Source: Nibricoccus sp. (GTDB taxonomy: Bacteria > Verrucomicrobiota > Verrucomicrobiia > Opitutales > Opitutaceae). Taken from it: a stretch of DNA of 64,000 nt. Position 1 is the first letter of the stretch; each line of letters starts with the position of its first letter. The stretch lies in NCBI GenBank assembly GCA_047602425.1, contig JASGHG010000001.1:4224001-4288000 (forward strand), written 5' to 3'. The notes beneath the pieces were generated by a model, which was not told the DNA's origin, ran no database searches, and worked only from the letters and a program-made list of their open reading frames with translations. Below are positions 11,184-22,045 of the stretch, piece by piece. The translations under genes were made by a program, and so were the position numbers.

Positions 11184-12200
11184 ATGGCTGAAAAATTTAA
11201 ACTCGATCTACCTATTCGTCCCCGTCGTCTGCGTCGCACGGCAGCTGTGCGGTCGCTGGTGGAGGAAACGGTGCTGCGTCCGGCGAATTTTATTGCGCCG
11301 CTATTTGTGGTGGACGGCAAGGGTGCGCCGGAGCCGGTCGGCTCAATGCCTGGGGTGGTGCGTCTCAATATTGTCGATCTGGTCAAGGAATGTCGGGTGC
11401 TCGCCAAGCGTGGCGTTCCCGCCGTGGCTCTTTTTCCGAAACTAGATGCCAGCTACAAAGATGAGCGTGGCTCGGCGGCCCTGCACGAGAACACACTGAT
11501 TGTTCGCGCGGTGCAGGCGGTGAAAAAGGCGTTGCCCGAGATGGTGGTGATGACGGACATCGCGCTCGATCCTTACACGAGCCACGGCCATGACGGACTT
11601 CTGACGAAGGACGGTCATGATCTGGCCAACGACGAAACGGTCGAGGTGTTGATGAAAATGGCTGTGCTGCACGCGCAGGCTGGCGTGGATTTTGTCGCGC
11701 CGTCGGACATGATGGACGGACGAATCGGTGCGATTCGCGGAGCGCTCGACACCGCTGGTTTTTCCGAGACGGCGATCATGGCTTATTCGTCGAAATTTGC
11801 CTCGGCGTACTACGGTCCATTCCGCGATGCGGTGGGCACGATGAAGATCGGCAAGGTCGCCGGGCCTTCCGACAAGCGTACCTATCAACTCAATCCCGCC
11901 AATCGCCGTGAGGCGATCACCGAGGCCTTGCTCGACGAGGCGGAAGGCGCGGATGTGGTGATGGTGAAACCCGCAGGTCCATATCTCGACGTGATTCGCG
12001 ACGTGCGTGAAGCCACGCGAATGCCGATTGCGGCGTATCAGGTCTCAGGGGAGTACGCACAACTGCATGCTGCGGCCAAGATGGGGTGGCTCGATCTGCA
12101 GAAGACGCGCCTCGAATCGTTGCTCGCGATCAAGCGGGCCGGCGCCGATATGATTTTGACCTACTTCGCGAAGGACGTTGCGGCGGAGTTGAAGGGGTAA
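11184..12200 (+). CDS. hemB: Porphobilinogen synthase (delta-aminolevulinic acid dehydratase), Asp-rich non-zinc type
   Basis: RPRRLR, DIALDPYTSHGHDG, APSDMMDGRI, SAYYGPFRDA, MVKP, AYQVSGEY. Confidence 0.98.
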   Translation: MAEKFKLDLPIRPRRLRRTAAVRSLVEETVLRPANFIAPLFVVDGKGAPEPVGSMPGVVRLNIVDLVKECRVLAKRGVPAVALFPKLDASYKDERGSAALHENTLIVRAVQAVKKALPEMVVMTDIALDPYTSHGHDGLLTKDGHDLANDETVEVLMKMAVLHAQAGVDFVAPSDMMDGRIGAIRGALDTAGFSETAIMAYSSKFASAYYGPFRDAVGTMKIGKVAGPSDKRTYQLNPANRREAITEALLDEAEGADVVMVKPAGPYLDVIRDVREATRMPIAAYQVSGEYAQLHAAAKMGWLDLQKTRLESLLAIKRAGADMILTYFAKDVAAELKG

Positions 12201-12220
12201 TTTTTTTGGTGCGGATTTTT

Positions 12221-12407
12221 GCCACGGAGGGCACAGAGCTCCGACACAGAGTTCACAGAGGACCGAAGAGGTGTAGTTTCTGGCATCGTACCCGATCTTT
12301 GCGTCAGAGCTCCTTGCGTGGACTAACCGCCTCAACGGCCAGACCAACATACGCCAACCTTGCGTACTCCCGCCGCCTCTGTGTCAGAGCTCAGTGCACT
12401 CTGGGGC
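12221..12407. mobile_element. MITE-like 187-bp intergenic element with imperfect 31-bp terminal inverted repeats
   Basis: 12221-12251 versus reverse complement of 12377-12407: 26/31 identical; built from CACAGAG units. Confidence 0.55.
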
Positions 12408-12414
12408 GAGAATA

Positions 12415-13017
12415 TCAGAATGCTGATTTCGGCACTTGGATGGAATCGCCTGGCATGAGGCGCGGATCTTCCATCGGCGATTTTTGGGCGAGATGGGCGT
12501 CAATCGGGTAGGCGACGCGATCACGCACGAGGTTGATCCGCGTTTCCTTCGCGTAGAGGCTGAAACCGCCGGCGGCTTGCACGGCTTTGGTTAGGGTCAG
12601 GTCAGGCGTCCAAACGATGCGACCGGGGCGGGTGACTTCGCCGCCAACGTAAACGAAGCGTTCGGTCACCGAGACAGCGACATCGACCGTGGTGTAGATT
12701 TTTTTCGAAACGTAGGTTTCGCGAATTTTCTGAGACAGACCGGCGGTGGTTGTGCCAGCCGCGGTGACAGGGCCGATGTAGGGAAGCGTGACGAGGCCTT
12801 GTTCGTCCACCTGCACGGAATTTGCCGTGGGATCGGGCACGCCTTGCAGCGTGATGACAAGCGTGTCTCCGGGGCGGAGATTGGCGACGGAGCTGGCTTC
12901 GGGCAGTTTGGGATTGCCGCGGGTGGACGTGGCGGTGTTGCAGCCGGTGATGAACGCGCAAACGAGTGCGCAGATCAACGCTAGGGGAAACAGTCGATAC
13001 CGGGCAACGTGATGCAT
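12415..13017 (-). CDS. Polysaccharide export (Wza-like, Poly_export plus SLBB) lipoprotein
   Basis: Lipobox-like ITGC; LRPGDTL, VDEQGLVTLPYIG, VYVGGEVTRPG, AAGGFS, LMPGDSIQVP. Confidence 0.9.
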   Translation of the reverse strand: MHHVARYRLFPLALICALVCAFITGCNTATSTRGNPKLPEASSVANLRPGDTLVITLQGVPDPTANSVQVDEQGLVTLPYIGPVTAAGTTTAGLSQKIRETYVSKKIYTTVDVAVSVTERFVYVGGEVTRPGRIVWTPDLTLTKAVQAAGGFSLYAKETRINLVRDRVAYPIDAHLAQKSPMEDPRLMPGDSIQVPKSAF

Positions 13018-13059
13018 GTTACGAGGTCGAGTTGAGCCAAACCCCGGTTAAATGCAACG

Positions 13060-13868
13060 TCACCGTTTCTTTTTCGCGCTGCGTTTCGGACGTTCGTCTT
13101 CCTCTTCGTCCTCATCTTCTTCGTCGTCGTCATCCGAGTCGTCGTCATCATCGTCGTCATCGGAATCTTCGTCGTCGTCAGATTTTTCTTCGTCCTCGTC
13201 GTCTTTATCTTCGTCGTCTTCGTCCCACTTGAGGGACTCGTCGTTCTTGAGTTTTTCTTCCTCTTCTTCGTCGAGTTCGGGTAGGTCGTCGTCTTCGTCC
13301 TCGATTTCCTTGGCGGGCTGTTCTTCGTCGGTGTCCCAACCGGCGGGCACGTAGTCGAGGATGGAGGTGATTTCTTCGAAGGAATGCACGGCTTTGCCTT
13401 CGATAAAACTGGTGTTTTGGTCTTCGCGGAGTTCGTCCTCGACCTCGTCGACGGTCAGCTTCGATTCGAAATCGAAGAGGTCGTTGAGCATCTTAACGCG
13501 GAGGCGGGTGAGATGGTCGAGCAGGTCGGCGAAGGGCCATTTTCCTCGTCGATGACGTCGGGGAGGGCGAAAAGTTTTTCGTCGGATTCGAAGATGGAGT
13601 CTTTCACGCGCTTGAGGCGGACACGGCCTTCGCCGAGGTCTTTTTCAATGCGGAAAGGAATAAACGCGGCCTCCATGATGTCCTGGTCGAAGCCGTAATC
13701 GCGGAGGGGCTCGATCAATTCAAGCAGATGAGCGACCTGACGCGGGTCGATGATACTGAGTCCATCAACGTCCCAGCGCACGGAGTCGCTGACTTCGTTG
13801 ACCCACCAGTTATGATCTTCACCGAGACGAACGCTGCACCAGTCGAGGATATTGGAGGATTTGGCCAT
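13060..13868 (-). pseudogene. Hypothetical protein with very acidic C-terminal tail, split by a -1 frameshift near 13533
   Basis: MAKSSNILDWC...DVIDEENGP joins ADLLDHLTRLRVKMLNDLFDFE...; one base missing in GGCCCTTCGCC; D/E-rich tail ending RPKRSAKKKR. Confidence 0.75.
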
Positions 13869-14173
13869 GTTGTTGCTTAACTTTCGGAGCAAAAGGCCCG
13901 GGATTAAGCGGAGTCAAACCGGTAAATTGAAAATCTTGCGACTTTCTTGTGTCTGGTCTCCACCAGTCGTCCGGGCCGAAAATTGAACGCGGAGCGTGTT
14001 GTCGGCTTTTCGAAAAACAAGCACAAAAATGCGGGAATCGTGCGGAAAGTAGCAGGATGCGCATTTTTGCCGCGGGGACGAACGGCGGATGGGGGCCTTT
14101 TGGCGGGGTTATGGTGCAAACCGTTCGCGGGACGCCTTGATTTCTTGCCGGGGGTTTTCCACTGTGGCGAGTC

Positions 14174-15247
14174 ATGGGCATGATTTACGAAAAAGTTTTG
14201 CGTCCCGCCTTCTTCTCGCTCGGACCCGAGCGGGCTCACGAACTCGCCATGCAGGCCATGTCTTTGCTCGGGCATGTCCGGCCGCTGTGCTGGGCGATGG
14301 AACAGTTTAACCAATTGCCTGCGTCGAGCATGAAGCCAATCGAGGCCTTTGGACTGAAATTCCCCAATGCTGTCGGTTTGGCCGCTGGTTTCGACAAGAA
14401 CGCTGAGGGCTGGACGGCGGCGGCGGCTCTGGGCTTTGGTCATATCGAAGTCGGCACGATTACGGCGCAAGGTCAGCCCGGTAATCCACAGCCGCGCGTG
14501 TTTCGTTATCCCAAGGAAGAAGCGGTGATCAACCGTATGGGTTTCAACAACGAAGGCGCGGATCGCGTGGCTGCGCGTTTCGCGAAGCTGCCGAAGCCGG
14601 GCGAACGCCGCATTCCCGTTGGCATCAATCTGGGCAAAACCAAGGTGACGCCGCTGGAAAAAGCCGTGGGCGACTACCTCGCGAGTTTTGAGCGACTGGC
14701 GGACTATGCGGATTATCTCGTCCTCAATGTCAGCAGCCCCAACACGCCCGATCTGCGCAAGCTTCAGGACGAGGATCGTCTGCGCGAACTCCTCGGCGCC
14801 ATCATGGACGCCAATCGCGCGCGCCTCGACGCCGGCCGCAGCCGGAAGCCTGTTCTCCTGAAAATCGCGCCGGATCTCACTTTCCCGCAGATCGACTCGG
14901 TTCTTGCCGCTATCAATGAGTTCGGTCTCGATGGTATCATTGCGACGAATACAACCCTTGCGCGCCCCGGTTTCTTCGCGACGGTCGATCAGGCTGGCGG
15001 CTTGAGCGGCAAGCCCGTGCGCAAGCGTTCGACCGAGATCATCAATTACATCGCGCGCGCGACACACGGAAAATTGCCGATCATCGGCGTGGGCGGCATT
15101 CATTGCGCGGCGGATGCCGGCGAAAAACTCGATGCGGGCGCCACGCTTGTCCAGATTTACACCGGCATGATTTATCGCGGTCCATTCTTCGCCAGGGATC
15201 TGGCCTGGGCGCTTAATGCGCGTCAGGATAAGGACTGGGTGCGGTAG
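14174..15247 (+). CDS. pyrD: Quinone-dependent dihydroorotate dehydrogenase
   Basis: NAVGLAAGFDKN, QPGNPQPRVFR, INRMGFNN, NVSSPNTP, LLKIAPDL, GGLSG. Confidence 0.97.
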   Translation: MGMIYEKVLRPAFFSLGPERAHELAMQAMSLLGHVRPLCWAMEQFNQLPASSMKPIEAFGLKFPNAVGLAAGFDKNAEGWTAAAALGFGHIEVGTITAQGQPGNPQPRVFRYPKEEAVINRMGFNNEGADRVAARFAKLPKPGERRIPVGINLGKTKVTPLEKAVGDYLASFERLADYADYLVLNVSSPNTPDLRKLQDEDRLRELLGAIMDANRARLDAGRSRKPVLLKIAPDLTFPQIDSVLAAINEFGLDGIIATNTTLARPGFFATVDQAGGLSGKPVRKRSTEIINYIARATHGKLPIIGVGGIHCAADAGEKLDAGATLVQIYTGMIYRGPFFARDLAWALNARQDKDWVR

Positions 15248-15255
15248 GTGAGGGT

Positions 15256-15325
15256 GGAGGCCAGAAGCCGGAAGCCAGGAGCCAGAAGCCGGAAGTTGGA
15301 GGACGGAGGCCGGAAATCGGAGTTC
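15256..15325. repeat. Degenerate heptamer tandem array (about 10 x RGAAGCC)
   Basis: ggaggcc agaagcc ggaagcc aggagcc agaagcc ggaagtt ggaggac ggaggcc ggaaatc ggagttc. Confidence 0.85.
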
Positions 15326-15347
15326 GGGCGCTGGTGTCGAAAAAGGA

Positions 15348-15371
15348 AAGGCCGGCGTGGAAGCCGGCCTT
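15348..15371 (-). terminator. Hairpin between convergent pyrD and the phnA-like gene
   Basis: AAGGCCGGC-N6-GCCGGCCTT with a T-rich tail on the minus strand. Confidence 0.6.
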
Positions 15372-15395
15372 CAGGGAAAGCGGTGAAGAAGCGGG

Positions 15396-15728
15396 TCAGG
15401 CTTTTTTCACGAAGCAGGCTTTGAGCGCCATGGGAGTGCCGTCGATTTTGCAATCGATTTCATGATCGCCGTCGACGAGGCGGATATTTTTCGCCTTGGT
15501 TCCGCCCTTAAGCACGCCAGAGCCGCCGCGCAGCTTGAGATCCTTGATGAGAACGACGGTATCGCCGTCGACCAGCACGTTGCCGTTGGCGTCTTTGACG
15601 ATGCGGGCTGTTTCGGTTTCGGCGGCGGCTTCCTTGGGCCATTCATGGCCGCACGTGGCGCACTCCCAGTGATCGGAATGGCTGAGCACGTCTTCGAGGG
15701 TACAGGCAGGACAGGCGGGAGGTTTCAT
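15396..15728 (-). CDS. phnA: PhnA/YjdM zinc-ribbon protein
   Basis: CPAC...CATCGHEW; VKDANGNVLVDGDTVVLIKDLK; GTKAKNIRLVDGDHEIDCKIDG. Confidence 0.93.
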   Translation of the reverse strand: MKPPACPACTLEDVLSHSDHWECATCGHEWPKEAAAETETARIVKDANGNVLVDGDTVVLIKDLKLRGGSGVLKGGTKAKNIRLVDGDHEIDCKIDGTPMALKACFVKKA

Positions 15729-15797
15729 CGTGAGCTTTCGATAGTGTAGCCTGTCAAATTGCGCGGCCAGCGCCGTTCAGCGCAAGCGAGGATTTTC

Positions 15798-16748
15798 TCA
15801 GGGCTTGGCTGGAATTGGGCTTCGCAGCGTGGCAATCAACGTGGCGGGAACTTCGATGATCGTGCCGTGGCGAACACCGGCGGGAATTTTGATTTTATCG
15901 GTCACATCCTCCCACGTTTTAAAATCCTTCGTGCGAACGGCGCCGTAGTGTTTGTCGCGGTAGCAATCGTAGAAGACGACGAAATTGTCGCCGACCTTGA
16001 TGGCGGTGGGACCTTCGACCCAATCGCGGGTGAAGGGCGCCGAGAGGTCGGTGTAGGGACCGTCGATTTTATCCGACGAGGCGATGCGAAGGTGTTTTTT
16101 CACCGGCACCCGAGTCTCGTCTTTTACGATTAGGTGGAAACGTTGGTTGTCCTTGAGCAATGTGGCGTCGATGACATTGAACCCGGGCTCGTAGAAGAGA
16201 CGAGTGGGAGTGAAAGTGACGAAATCCTTCGTGGTGGTGGCATACACACGATGGTTGTAGCCTTTGTCCTCGGCGATCTGGGTTTCCGGGAATTTGCCAG
16301 TGACAGTGGTGGACCAAAAAATGAGGAAATGTTTTTTGTCCTCGTCATAGGCGATTTCGGGTGCCCAGCAATTGCGCGTGCCGGGTTCGTCGACCATGAC
16401 GGGCAAGGCTTTTTGTTCGGACCAGTTGATCAAATCCTTGGAAGAAGCATAGCCAATGGTTTTGCCTTCCCACGCGGTCGTCCAGACAAGGTGAAACGTG
16501 CCGTCGGGACCGCGGAGCAGGCAAGGATCGCGCATGAGTTTGGACTCGCCGACCCGCGGCGTAAGATAGCTTTTGCCGTCGTTGAGAGCCTCGTAGGTGT
16601 AGCCGTCAGCACCGGCGGCAAGGTGCAGGCCGTCCTCGCCGTTTTTTACGAAGTAAGCGAAAAGGTAGGCGGTGGCGGATGGTTCGGCTGCGATGAGGCG
16701 AAGGGAAAACGCGAAGGCGATAAAGGCGAGCAGCAGCGGCTTTTTCAT
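15798..16748 (-). CDS. Secreted glycoside hydrolase, GH43-like five-bladed beta-propeller
   Basis: Signal peptide; MRDPC, WAPE, VIDAT, WVEGPT, RHGT motifs. Confidence 0.9.
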   Translation of the reverse strand: MKKPLLLAFIAFAFSLRLIAAEPSATAYLFAYFVKNGEDGLHLAAGADGYTYEALNDGKSYLTPRVGESKLMRDPCLLRGPDGTFHLVWTTAWEGKTIGYASSKDLINWSEQKALPVMVDEPGTRNCWAPEIAYDEDKKHFLIFWSTTVTGKFPETQIAEDKGYNHRVYATTTKDFVTFTPTRLFYEPGFNVIDATLLKDNQRFHLIVKDETRVPVKKHLRIASSDKIDGPYTDLSAPFTRDWVEGPTAIKVGDNFVVFYDCYRDKHYGAVRTKDFKTWEDVTDKIKIPAGVRHGTIIEVPATLIATLRSPIPAKP

Positions 16749-16823
16749 GAAAGATGCTTAAAGGAAAAGCACTGGGTCGTGCCAATCACTTCGTAAGTTG
16801 ACCGTCGGATTTTTCGCGGAGCT

Positions 16824-19800
16824 TCAGGGCGTGGCCGAAACCGGGGCGGGCGGCGTGTTGCCGTTGAGAATAGTGTGAGGAAGGAGCTTGGTGATGACTT
16901 CGAAAAACTCCGCAACCCTGATCGGCTTGGCCAAATGGGCGTCCATCCCGGCGGCGAGACACCGTTCTTCATCGCCTTTGAGCGAATGGGCGGTGAGGGC
17001 GACGATGGTGATATGACGGCCCGAGATTTTTTCGAGATTGCGGATCTGGCGCGTGGCTTCGAGGCCGTCCATCACGGGCATTTGTACATCCATGAGGACG
17101 AGATCGAACGGCTCCTGTTGATAACGGCTCAAGGCTTCGGCGCCGTCGCGAGCGATGGTGACAGCGTGGCCGGCCTTGGCGACAAAGGTGCTGGCGACCT
17201 TCAGATTGACGGCGTTGTCATCGACGAGAAGGACGCGCAGGGGCGTCATGCGGGGAAAAGGAGAAGACGCATTGGCGGTTACCGATTTATCGATGGTTCC
17301 CCCTGCTTCACGGAAAAGTTGCAGGAAGGTCTCGCGGATCTTGGCTTTGATGAGCGGACGCCGCAGCATGGTTTTGAAGCCGAGGTTGCTGAAAAAATCG
17401 CGCTCACTGGGCGTAGGATGCGGTGCGTAAAGAATGGTGGTGGCCGCACGAATGACGCCAGCTTCGAGGAGTTGAGACGCTGTGCAGCGCGGATCGCCGT
17501 TCTTTGGATTGGGCACTTGGTTGTCGATCAACGCGAAGTCGAAGGCGGCCGACTGCGGTCCTGCTTTGGCGAGCGAAATCGCCTCGGCGGCGCTGGCGGC
17601 GGTGACGGGACGCAAGCCCCAGAGGGCGGTAGCGGTGCAAAGCGTTTCTCGCAACGTGGCGTTGCTAACGAGTAGAAGAACGGTGTGGCCCGAGAATTCC
17701 TGTGCGCGAGGGGGAACGACGGTCCCGGGGCAGGCGGGCGGGAGCGGCAGGATGCAATTAAAACAGCTGCCCTGACCGAGGGTACTTTCGACCCAAATGC
17801 GACCGCCCATGAGGTGTACGAGTTTCCTTGTGATGGCGAGGCCGAGGCCAGTGCCGCCAAAGCGGCGGGTGGTGGAGTTATCAACCTGCTCGAAAGACTC
17901 GAAGATGGCTTCGTGCCGGTCAGCCGGGATACCGATGCCGGTGTCACTCACGCTCAGGCGCACCGCGTGGTCGATCGTGGCGGATTCCTCCAAGGCGATG
18001 CGCAAGACGATTTCGCCATGTTCGGTGAATTTCCTGGCGTTGCTGAGCAGATTGACGAGCACCTGCGTGAAACGGGAACTATCGCCAATCACCATGGATG
18101 GAACCCGCGGATCGATTTGATAAATAAGCGCGATGTTTTTATCCGGCGAACCGGCTCCAATTGTTTCCAGTGCGCTTTCGACACAATGGATGAGGTCAAA
18201 ACGTTCAGAAGTGAGCGTATATTTGCCGGATTCGATTTTTGAAAAATCGAGAATGTCGTTGATGATTTTGAGTAACGACTCCGATGAAGAATGTGCGGTC
18301 TTAAGATAGTCTCGGACCTCAGGTTCTTTGGCCGCATCGAGCGCAAGTTCGGTCATCCCGATAATGCCATTCATCGGTGTGCGAATTTCGTGACTCATGT
18401 TGGCGAGGAACTGGCTTTTGGCCTTGTTGGCGGTTTCGGCGGCGTCTTTCGCGGCGGCGAGGTCGCGGGTGCGTTCTTCCACGAGGCAGGCGAGGCGTTC
18501 CTCGCGCAAGCGATGTCGCCGGATGCGCCATTTGTAGATAAGGACGAGCGTGCCGCACAGGCTCAACGGCACCGCGATCCAGAACCAAACAGTCTGATAA
18601 TAGTAGGGGCGTATCTCGAACTCGAGGGCGGCGACCTCCGTGTTCCAGTCGGAGTTGAGATGTTTGGCGGCGACTTCGAAGTGATAATGGCCGGCGGGAA
18701 GATTTGAGTAGATGGCCTCGCGACGGTTGCCCGCGAGCACCCATTCGCTGTTGAAACCCACCAAGCGGTAGCGGAAAGAAATTCGTTCCGGCGTCGAAAG
18801 GTTTGGCGCTGTGTAATGGATTTGAATCTCATGTTTTCCCGGCGGAAGTTTTGAAAATTCGGCGGGCGTAATGGGGCGGCGGGAAAGCAGGACGTCCTCG
18901 ATGAAGACGGTGATTTGAGTCGATTTTCTGCGTATGCGCTTAGGATCGACCTGAGCCATGCCGAGGCGCATGGGAAACCAGTGGGAATTATCCTGGGAGC
19001 GAAAAGCATTGGGCACACTGCCGACATTCGGGCCGCCGAGGCGAAGGCCGTCGGATTCGCTGATTAGTTCTGTCGTAGGGTTTTGTTTTTGACCCGCCAG
19101 CGCCGCCTTTGCCTCACTGAAAGGGAGGCGCACCACGCCTTGAGTGCAGGCGATCCACAGATTGTCGTGATCGGCGCTCAGGCCGAAAGCGCGGCCGGAT
19201 TCCTGCGAAGAGAGCGGCACAACCTCGACTTTTTTGTTGGCGACACGCCGCAGAATCGGGTCGAAAGCGCAGGTCACCCAGATGGTTCCTTCCTCGTCCT
19301 CGCACAGGCCCGCGATGTCGTTATCCGTATTGTCGGTTGGCGCGATCACTTGCTCCAACTTGCCATCGTTGAGCACGCCCAAGCCGCCTCCACGCGTGCC
19401 GATCCAGAGTCGGTTGGAGCGATCGACCAGAAGATGCCGGATGTTACGACTAAAATTTCCGAGCGGAACTTCGGCAAAATTTTGTCCATTCCAGCGAAGC
19501 AATCCCTTGGACAACATGCCGGCCCAGACCACGCCGTTTTTGTCCACCGCGACCGTTCTCACTCGTCCGGAGGAAAGACCGATGGAAGCATCTTCAATTT
19601 TTCCTTGGGCGATCGTACTCAAGCGCCCGTTGGGGTAGGCCACCCAGACGCGGCCTTCCTTGTCTTCGGCTAGGGAAGTAATGCTGTCTTCGTAAAGGCC
19701 GGCGCTGGTGCGATAGTTTTCGATATTGCCCTCGTGGAAACGTGCAATGCCGGCGCCGTTTGTGCCGAACCAAAGGGCACCGTCCCGAGTCTGGATCACA

Positions 19801-20837
19801 CACGTCGGGCTGCCATTCAAGCCTTCACGCCGCGTAATGGAGCCGGACTTAACGTCCTTGATTCGCATCAGACCGCGGCTATTTCCGCACCAGATATTGC
19901 CATCGTGATCCTCGAACAAGGAAATGATGTCCATCGGTTCCTCGCCGGTGATTGTCCGGAACGCTTCGAAGCGACCATTGGAAAAACGATAGAGACCGGC
20001 AGCGGTCCCCAGCCACAATTGTTTGTCGGTATCGACGAGGAGGGCCTGGATCGAATTGGTCGGGAGGCCGTTTGAAGTGTCAAAAAGCTGCTGCACTTTG
20101 CCGTCAAAAAAACGCGCCAGTCCGCGGGGTGTTCCCAACCAGACGCCACCTTCAACCGCAGGGGCCATGGCGAGTGCCCGATCATGGGGAATGCCGTTCT
20201 GTTTTTGGGTCAGCAAGAGGATCTGATCGCCTTTCAGTTCGATGATGCGCGCGCCAATGACCCAAACATTGCCGTTGCCGCATACTCCGATCTGCCGCAC
20301 GCCGGTGGGTCGCGTTTTTTCGGTGAAAGGTTGTTGGATGAATACGCCGTTTTTATAGCGCCAGAGCCGTTCAACCTGACCGATGAGAATTTCGTTTTCC
20401 GAAACGGCATAAATGCTGCGCACCGCCTGGGGCGAACCTTCCATGGGCAGGTTCATTCTTTGCCAGCTGCCGTGGTGAAATTTGGATATATGGCCAGTTT
20501 CGGTGCCAACCCAAAGCGCGCCGTCAGCGGTCACGCACAGAGCCGAGATCGAATTGCTTTCCAATTCTGGGATTTTATCGAGCGTGAAAAGTTTGAAATC
20601 GCGGCCGTCAAAACGCCCAAGCCCTTCGGGTGTACCGACCCAAAGAAATCCTTCAGGCGTCTGCGCCATGCAGCGCACGGTGTTGCTCGGCATTCCCGCC
20701 GCGGTGGACCATTCGTCGCTCGCGAATTGTGCGGGTGAACGCGAAGGATCCAAGGCATGGGCAAAGCTCACGACCGCCAATACCAGCGCAACGGCAACGA
20801 GCCGCCGGCATTCTCGTTTGTACAGGAAGATGGACAC
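16824..20837 (-). CDS. Large hybrid sensor kinase (periplasmic beta-propeller repeats, Y_Y_Y domain, HisKA, HATPase, receivers)
   Basis: Repeated DxxGxLWxGT blades; [10 protein letters not shown]...[15 protein letters not shown] helix; [16 protein letters not shown]-terminal [10 protein letters not shown]. Confidence 0.94.
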   Translation of the reverse strand: MSIFLYKRECRRLVAVALVLAVVSFAHALDPSRSPAQFASDEWSTAAGMPSNTVRCMAQTPEGFLWVGTPEGLGRFDGRDFKLFTLDKIPELESNSISALCVTADGALWVGTETGHISKFHHGSWQRMNLPMEGSPQAVRSIYAVSENEILIGQVERLWRYKNGVFIQQPFTEKTRPTGVRQIGVCGNGNVWVIGARIIELKGDQILLLTQKQNGIPHDRALAMAPAVEGGVWLGTPRGLARFFDGKVQQLFDTSNGLPTNSIQALLVDTDKQLWLGTAAGLYRFSNGRFEAFRTITGEEPMDIISLFEDHDGNIWCGNSRGLMRIKDVKSGSITRREGLNGSPTCVIQTRDGALWFGTNGAGIARFHEGNIENYRTSAGLYEDSITSLAEDKEGRVWVAYPNGRLSTIAQGKIEDASIGLSSGRVRTVAVDKNGVVWAGMLSKGLLRWNGQNFAEVPLGNFSRNIRHLLVDRSNRLWIGTRGGGLGVLNDGKLEQVIAPTDNTDNDIAGLCEDEEGTIWVTCAFDPILRRVANKKVEVVPLSSQESGRAFGLSADHDNLWIACTQGVVRLPFSEAKAALAGQKQNPTTELISESDGLRLGGPNVGSVPNAFRSQDNSHWFPMRLGMAQVDPKRIRRKSTQITVFIEDVLLSRRPITPAEFSKLPPGKHEIQIHYTAPNLSTPERISFRYRLVGFNSEWVLAGNRREAIYSNLPAGHYHFEVAAKHLNSDWNTEVAALEFEIRPYYYQTVWFWIAVPLSLCGTLVLIYKWRIRRHRLREERLACLVEERTRDLAAAKDAAETANKAKSQFLANMSHEIRTPMNGIIGMTELALDAAKEPEVRDYLKTAHSSSESLLKIINDILDFSKIESGKYTLTSERFDLIHCVESALETIGAGSPDKNIALIYQIDPRVPSMVIGDSSRFTQVLVNLLSNARKFTEHGEIVLRIALEESATIDHAVRLSVSDTGIGIPADRHEAIFESFEQVDNSTTRRFGGTGLGLAITRKLVHLMGGRIWVESTLGQGSCFNCILPLPPACPGTVVPPRAQEFSGHTVLLLVSNATLRETLCTATALWGLRPVTAASAAEAISLAKAGPQSAAFDFALIDNQVPNPKNGDPRCTASQLLEAGVIRAATTILYAPHPTPSERDFFSNLGFKTMLRRPLIKAKIRETFLQLFREAGGTIDKSVTANASSPFPRMTPLRVLLVDDNAVNLKVASTFVAKAGHAVTIARDGAEALSRYQQEPFDLVLMDVQMPVMDGLEATRQIRNLEKISGRHITIVALTAHSLKGDEERCLAAGMDAHLAKPIRVAEFFEVITKLLPHTILNGNTPPAPVSATP

Positions 20838-20850
20838 GGAACTGGATGTT

Positions 20851-20877
20851 CATTCGGCACAAGACGAAAGAACTAAA
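20851..20877 (-). promoter_or_regulatory. Weak sigma-28-like promoter candidate
   Basis: Minus strand reads TTTA-N15-GCCGAATG just upstream of the kinase start. Confidence 0.35.
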
Positions 20878-20940
20878 ATCCAGTCGGTGAAACCTGGCTG
20901 CGGATAAGTTTTTTAGGCGGTGGCGATTTGCTCCGCTAAT

Positions 20941-21550
20941 TCAGCTCGGGCTGGCGGGCGGAGCCAGGTGACCCTTGGCCACGGCTTCGGCAATCATCTG
21001 CGTCATATATTCCCATAGCGCAGTCGCTCCTTGACCAATGTGTTGGTTCCGCGCGATGACGCGGTCACTGGTCACGCCGTGGTTTCTCCAGGCAGCGCCT
21101 TCCGTCAGGCAGTTGAGCAACATCGGTTGAAAGCGATCGACGGCGGCGGCGAATTTCGCCTCAGGCGTCGCGCGGGCTTCAAATTCATCCCAGAGTGCTC
21201 GCAGTTCGCGAGTTTGATCCGCCGGTAACAGTCCAAAAATGCGATCGGACCGCGCGTGCTTCGCGTTCGTGCTGATCGGCCATGCGCGCGGTGTCGTAGG
21301 CAAAGGTGTCACCTGCGTCGATTTCCACGAGATCGTGGATGATGAGCATCTTGAGGACGCGGAGCACATCGATTGGTTGAACATTGCTGTGTTCGGCTAG
21401 GATGATGACGAGGAGCGTGAGATGCCAGGAGTGCTCGGCGTCATTTTCGCGGCGGCGGCTCTGTGAGACGAGCGTTTGCCGGAATATTTCCTTCATTTTA
21501 TCCGCTTCGACGATGAAACGGATTTGTTGGGCGAGGCGTTCGTTTGCCAT
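20941..21550 (-). pseudogene. HD-domain hydrolase (HD_3/5'-deoxynucleotidase-like), split by a +1 frameshift near 21249
   Basis: MANERL...ENDAEHSWHL...HDLVEIDAGDT...EREARA joins DRIFGLLP...LWDEFE...AKFAAAVDRFQP; one extra base in GCGGTCCGAT. Confidence 0.88.
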
Positions 21551-21622
21551 GGACCAGGTTGAAGAGCTGCTGGCAGCCTGGCGAGCGCGGAATATTGGAA
21601 TGCGGACGGCCCGCATGGATTT

Positions 21623-21994
21623 TCAGGCGCTGCGCCGGTACGCGACGAGATAGAACGGACTTCCGGCAGGGGCCGCGAAACGCGTGGGCACGGTCCCATC
21701 GAGCCCGAAGCAAATGCGCAGGCGGTCGCCGACGAGTTGATAGATCGAAGGAATGGTTCGGCCTTTGTTGGTGCCTTGTTTGCTGTGCAGTGTGATGGTG
21801 TGCACCTCGGCTGAGACATGCAGCGTGTAGCTGCCTGTATCGGTGATTTCCTCGCCGAAGTGAACGGCATAGGTGCCTGCGCCGAGGACCAATTGCATGC
21901 TGCACAACGCCAGTTCGGGCGCATGCTCGCCGGCAAGTTCGGCCTTGAAGGGCTGCCACGTGCCTTCGATCGGATCGGGCGTCATCAAAACCAT
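21623..21994 (-). CDS. TIGR03067-like (Planctomycete/Verrucomicrobia) domain protein
   Basis: IEGTW...GRTIPSIYQLVGDRLRICF...PTRF pattern. Confidence 0.75.
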   Translation of the reverse strand: MVLMTPDPIEGTWQPFKAELAGEHAPELALCSMQLVLGAGTYAVHFGEEITDTGSYTLHVSAEVHTITLHSKQGTNKGRTIPSIYQLVGDRLRICFGLDGTVPTRFAAPAGSPFYLVAYRRSA

Positions 21995-22045
21995 GCGGAA
22001 GAAAGAACCTGTCCACTGGCCGCCTGTTTGGTGCGGCCGGAGTGG

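Noticed and set aside
12415..13017. Exopolysaccharide or capsule locus
   Set aside because: Only a lone Wza-like gene is present, with no Wzc, glycosyltransferase or flippase neighbours
13052..13354. Poly-serine ORF on the + strand
   Set aside because: It is the antisense of the GAC/GAA-rich acidic tail of the minus-strand gene
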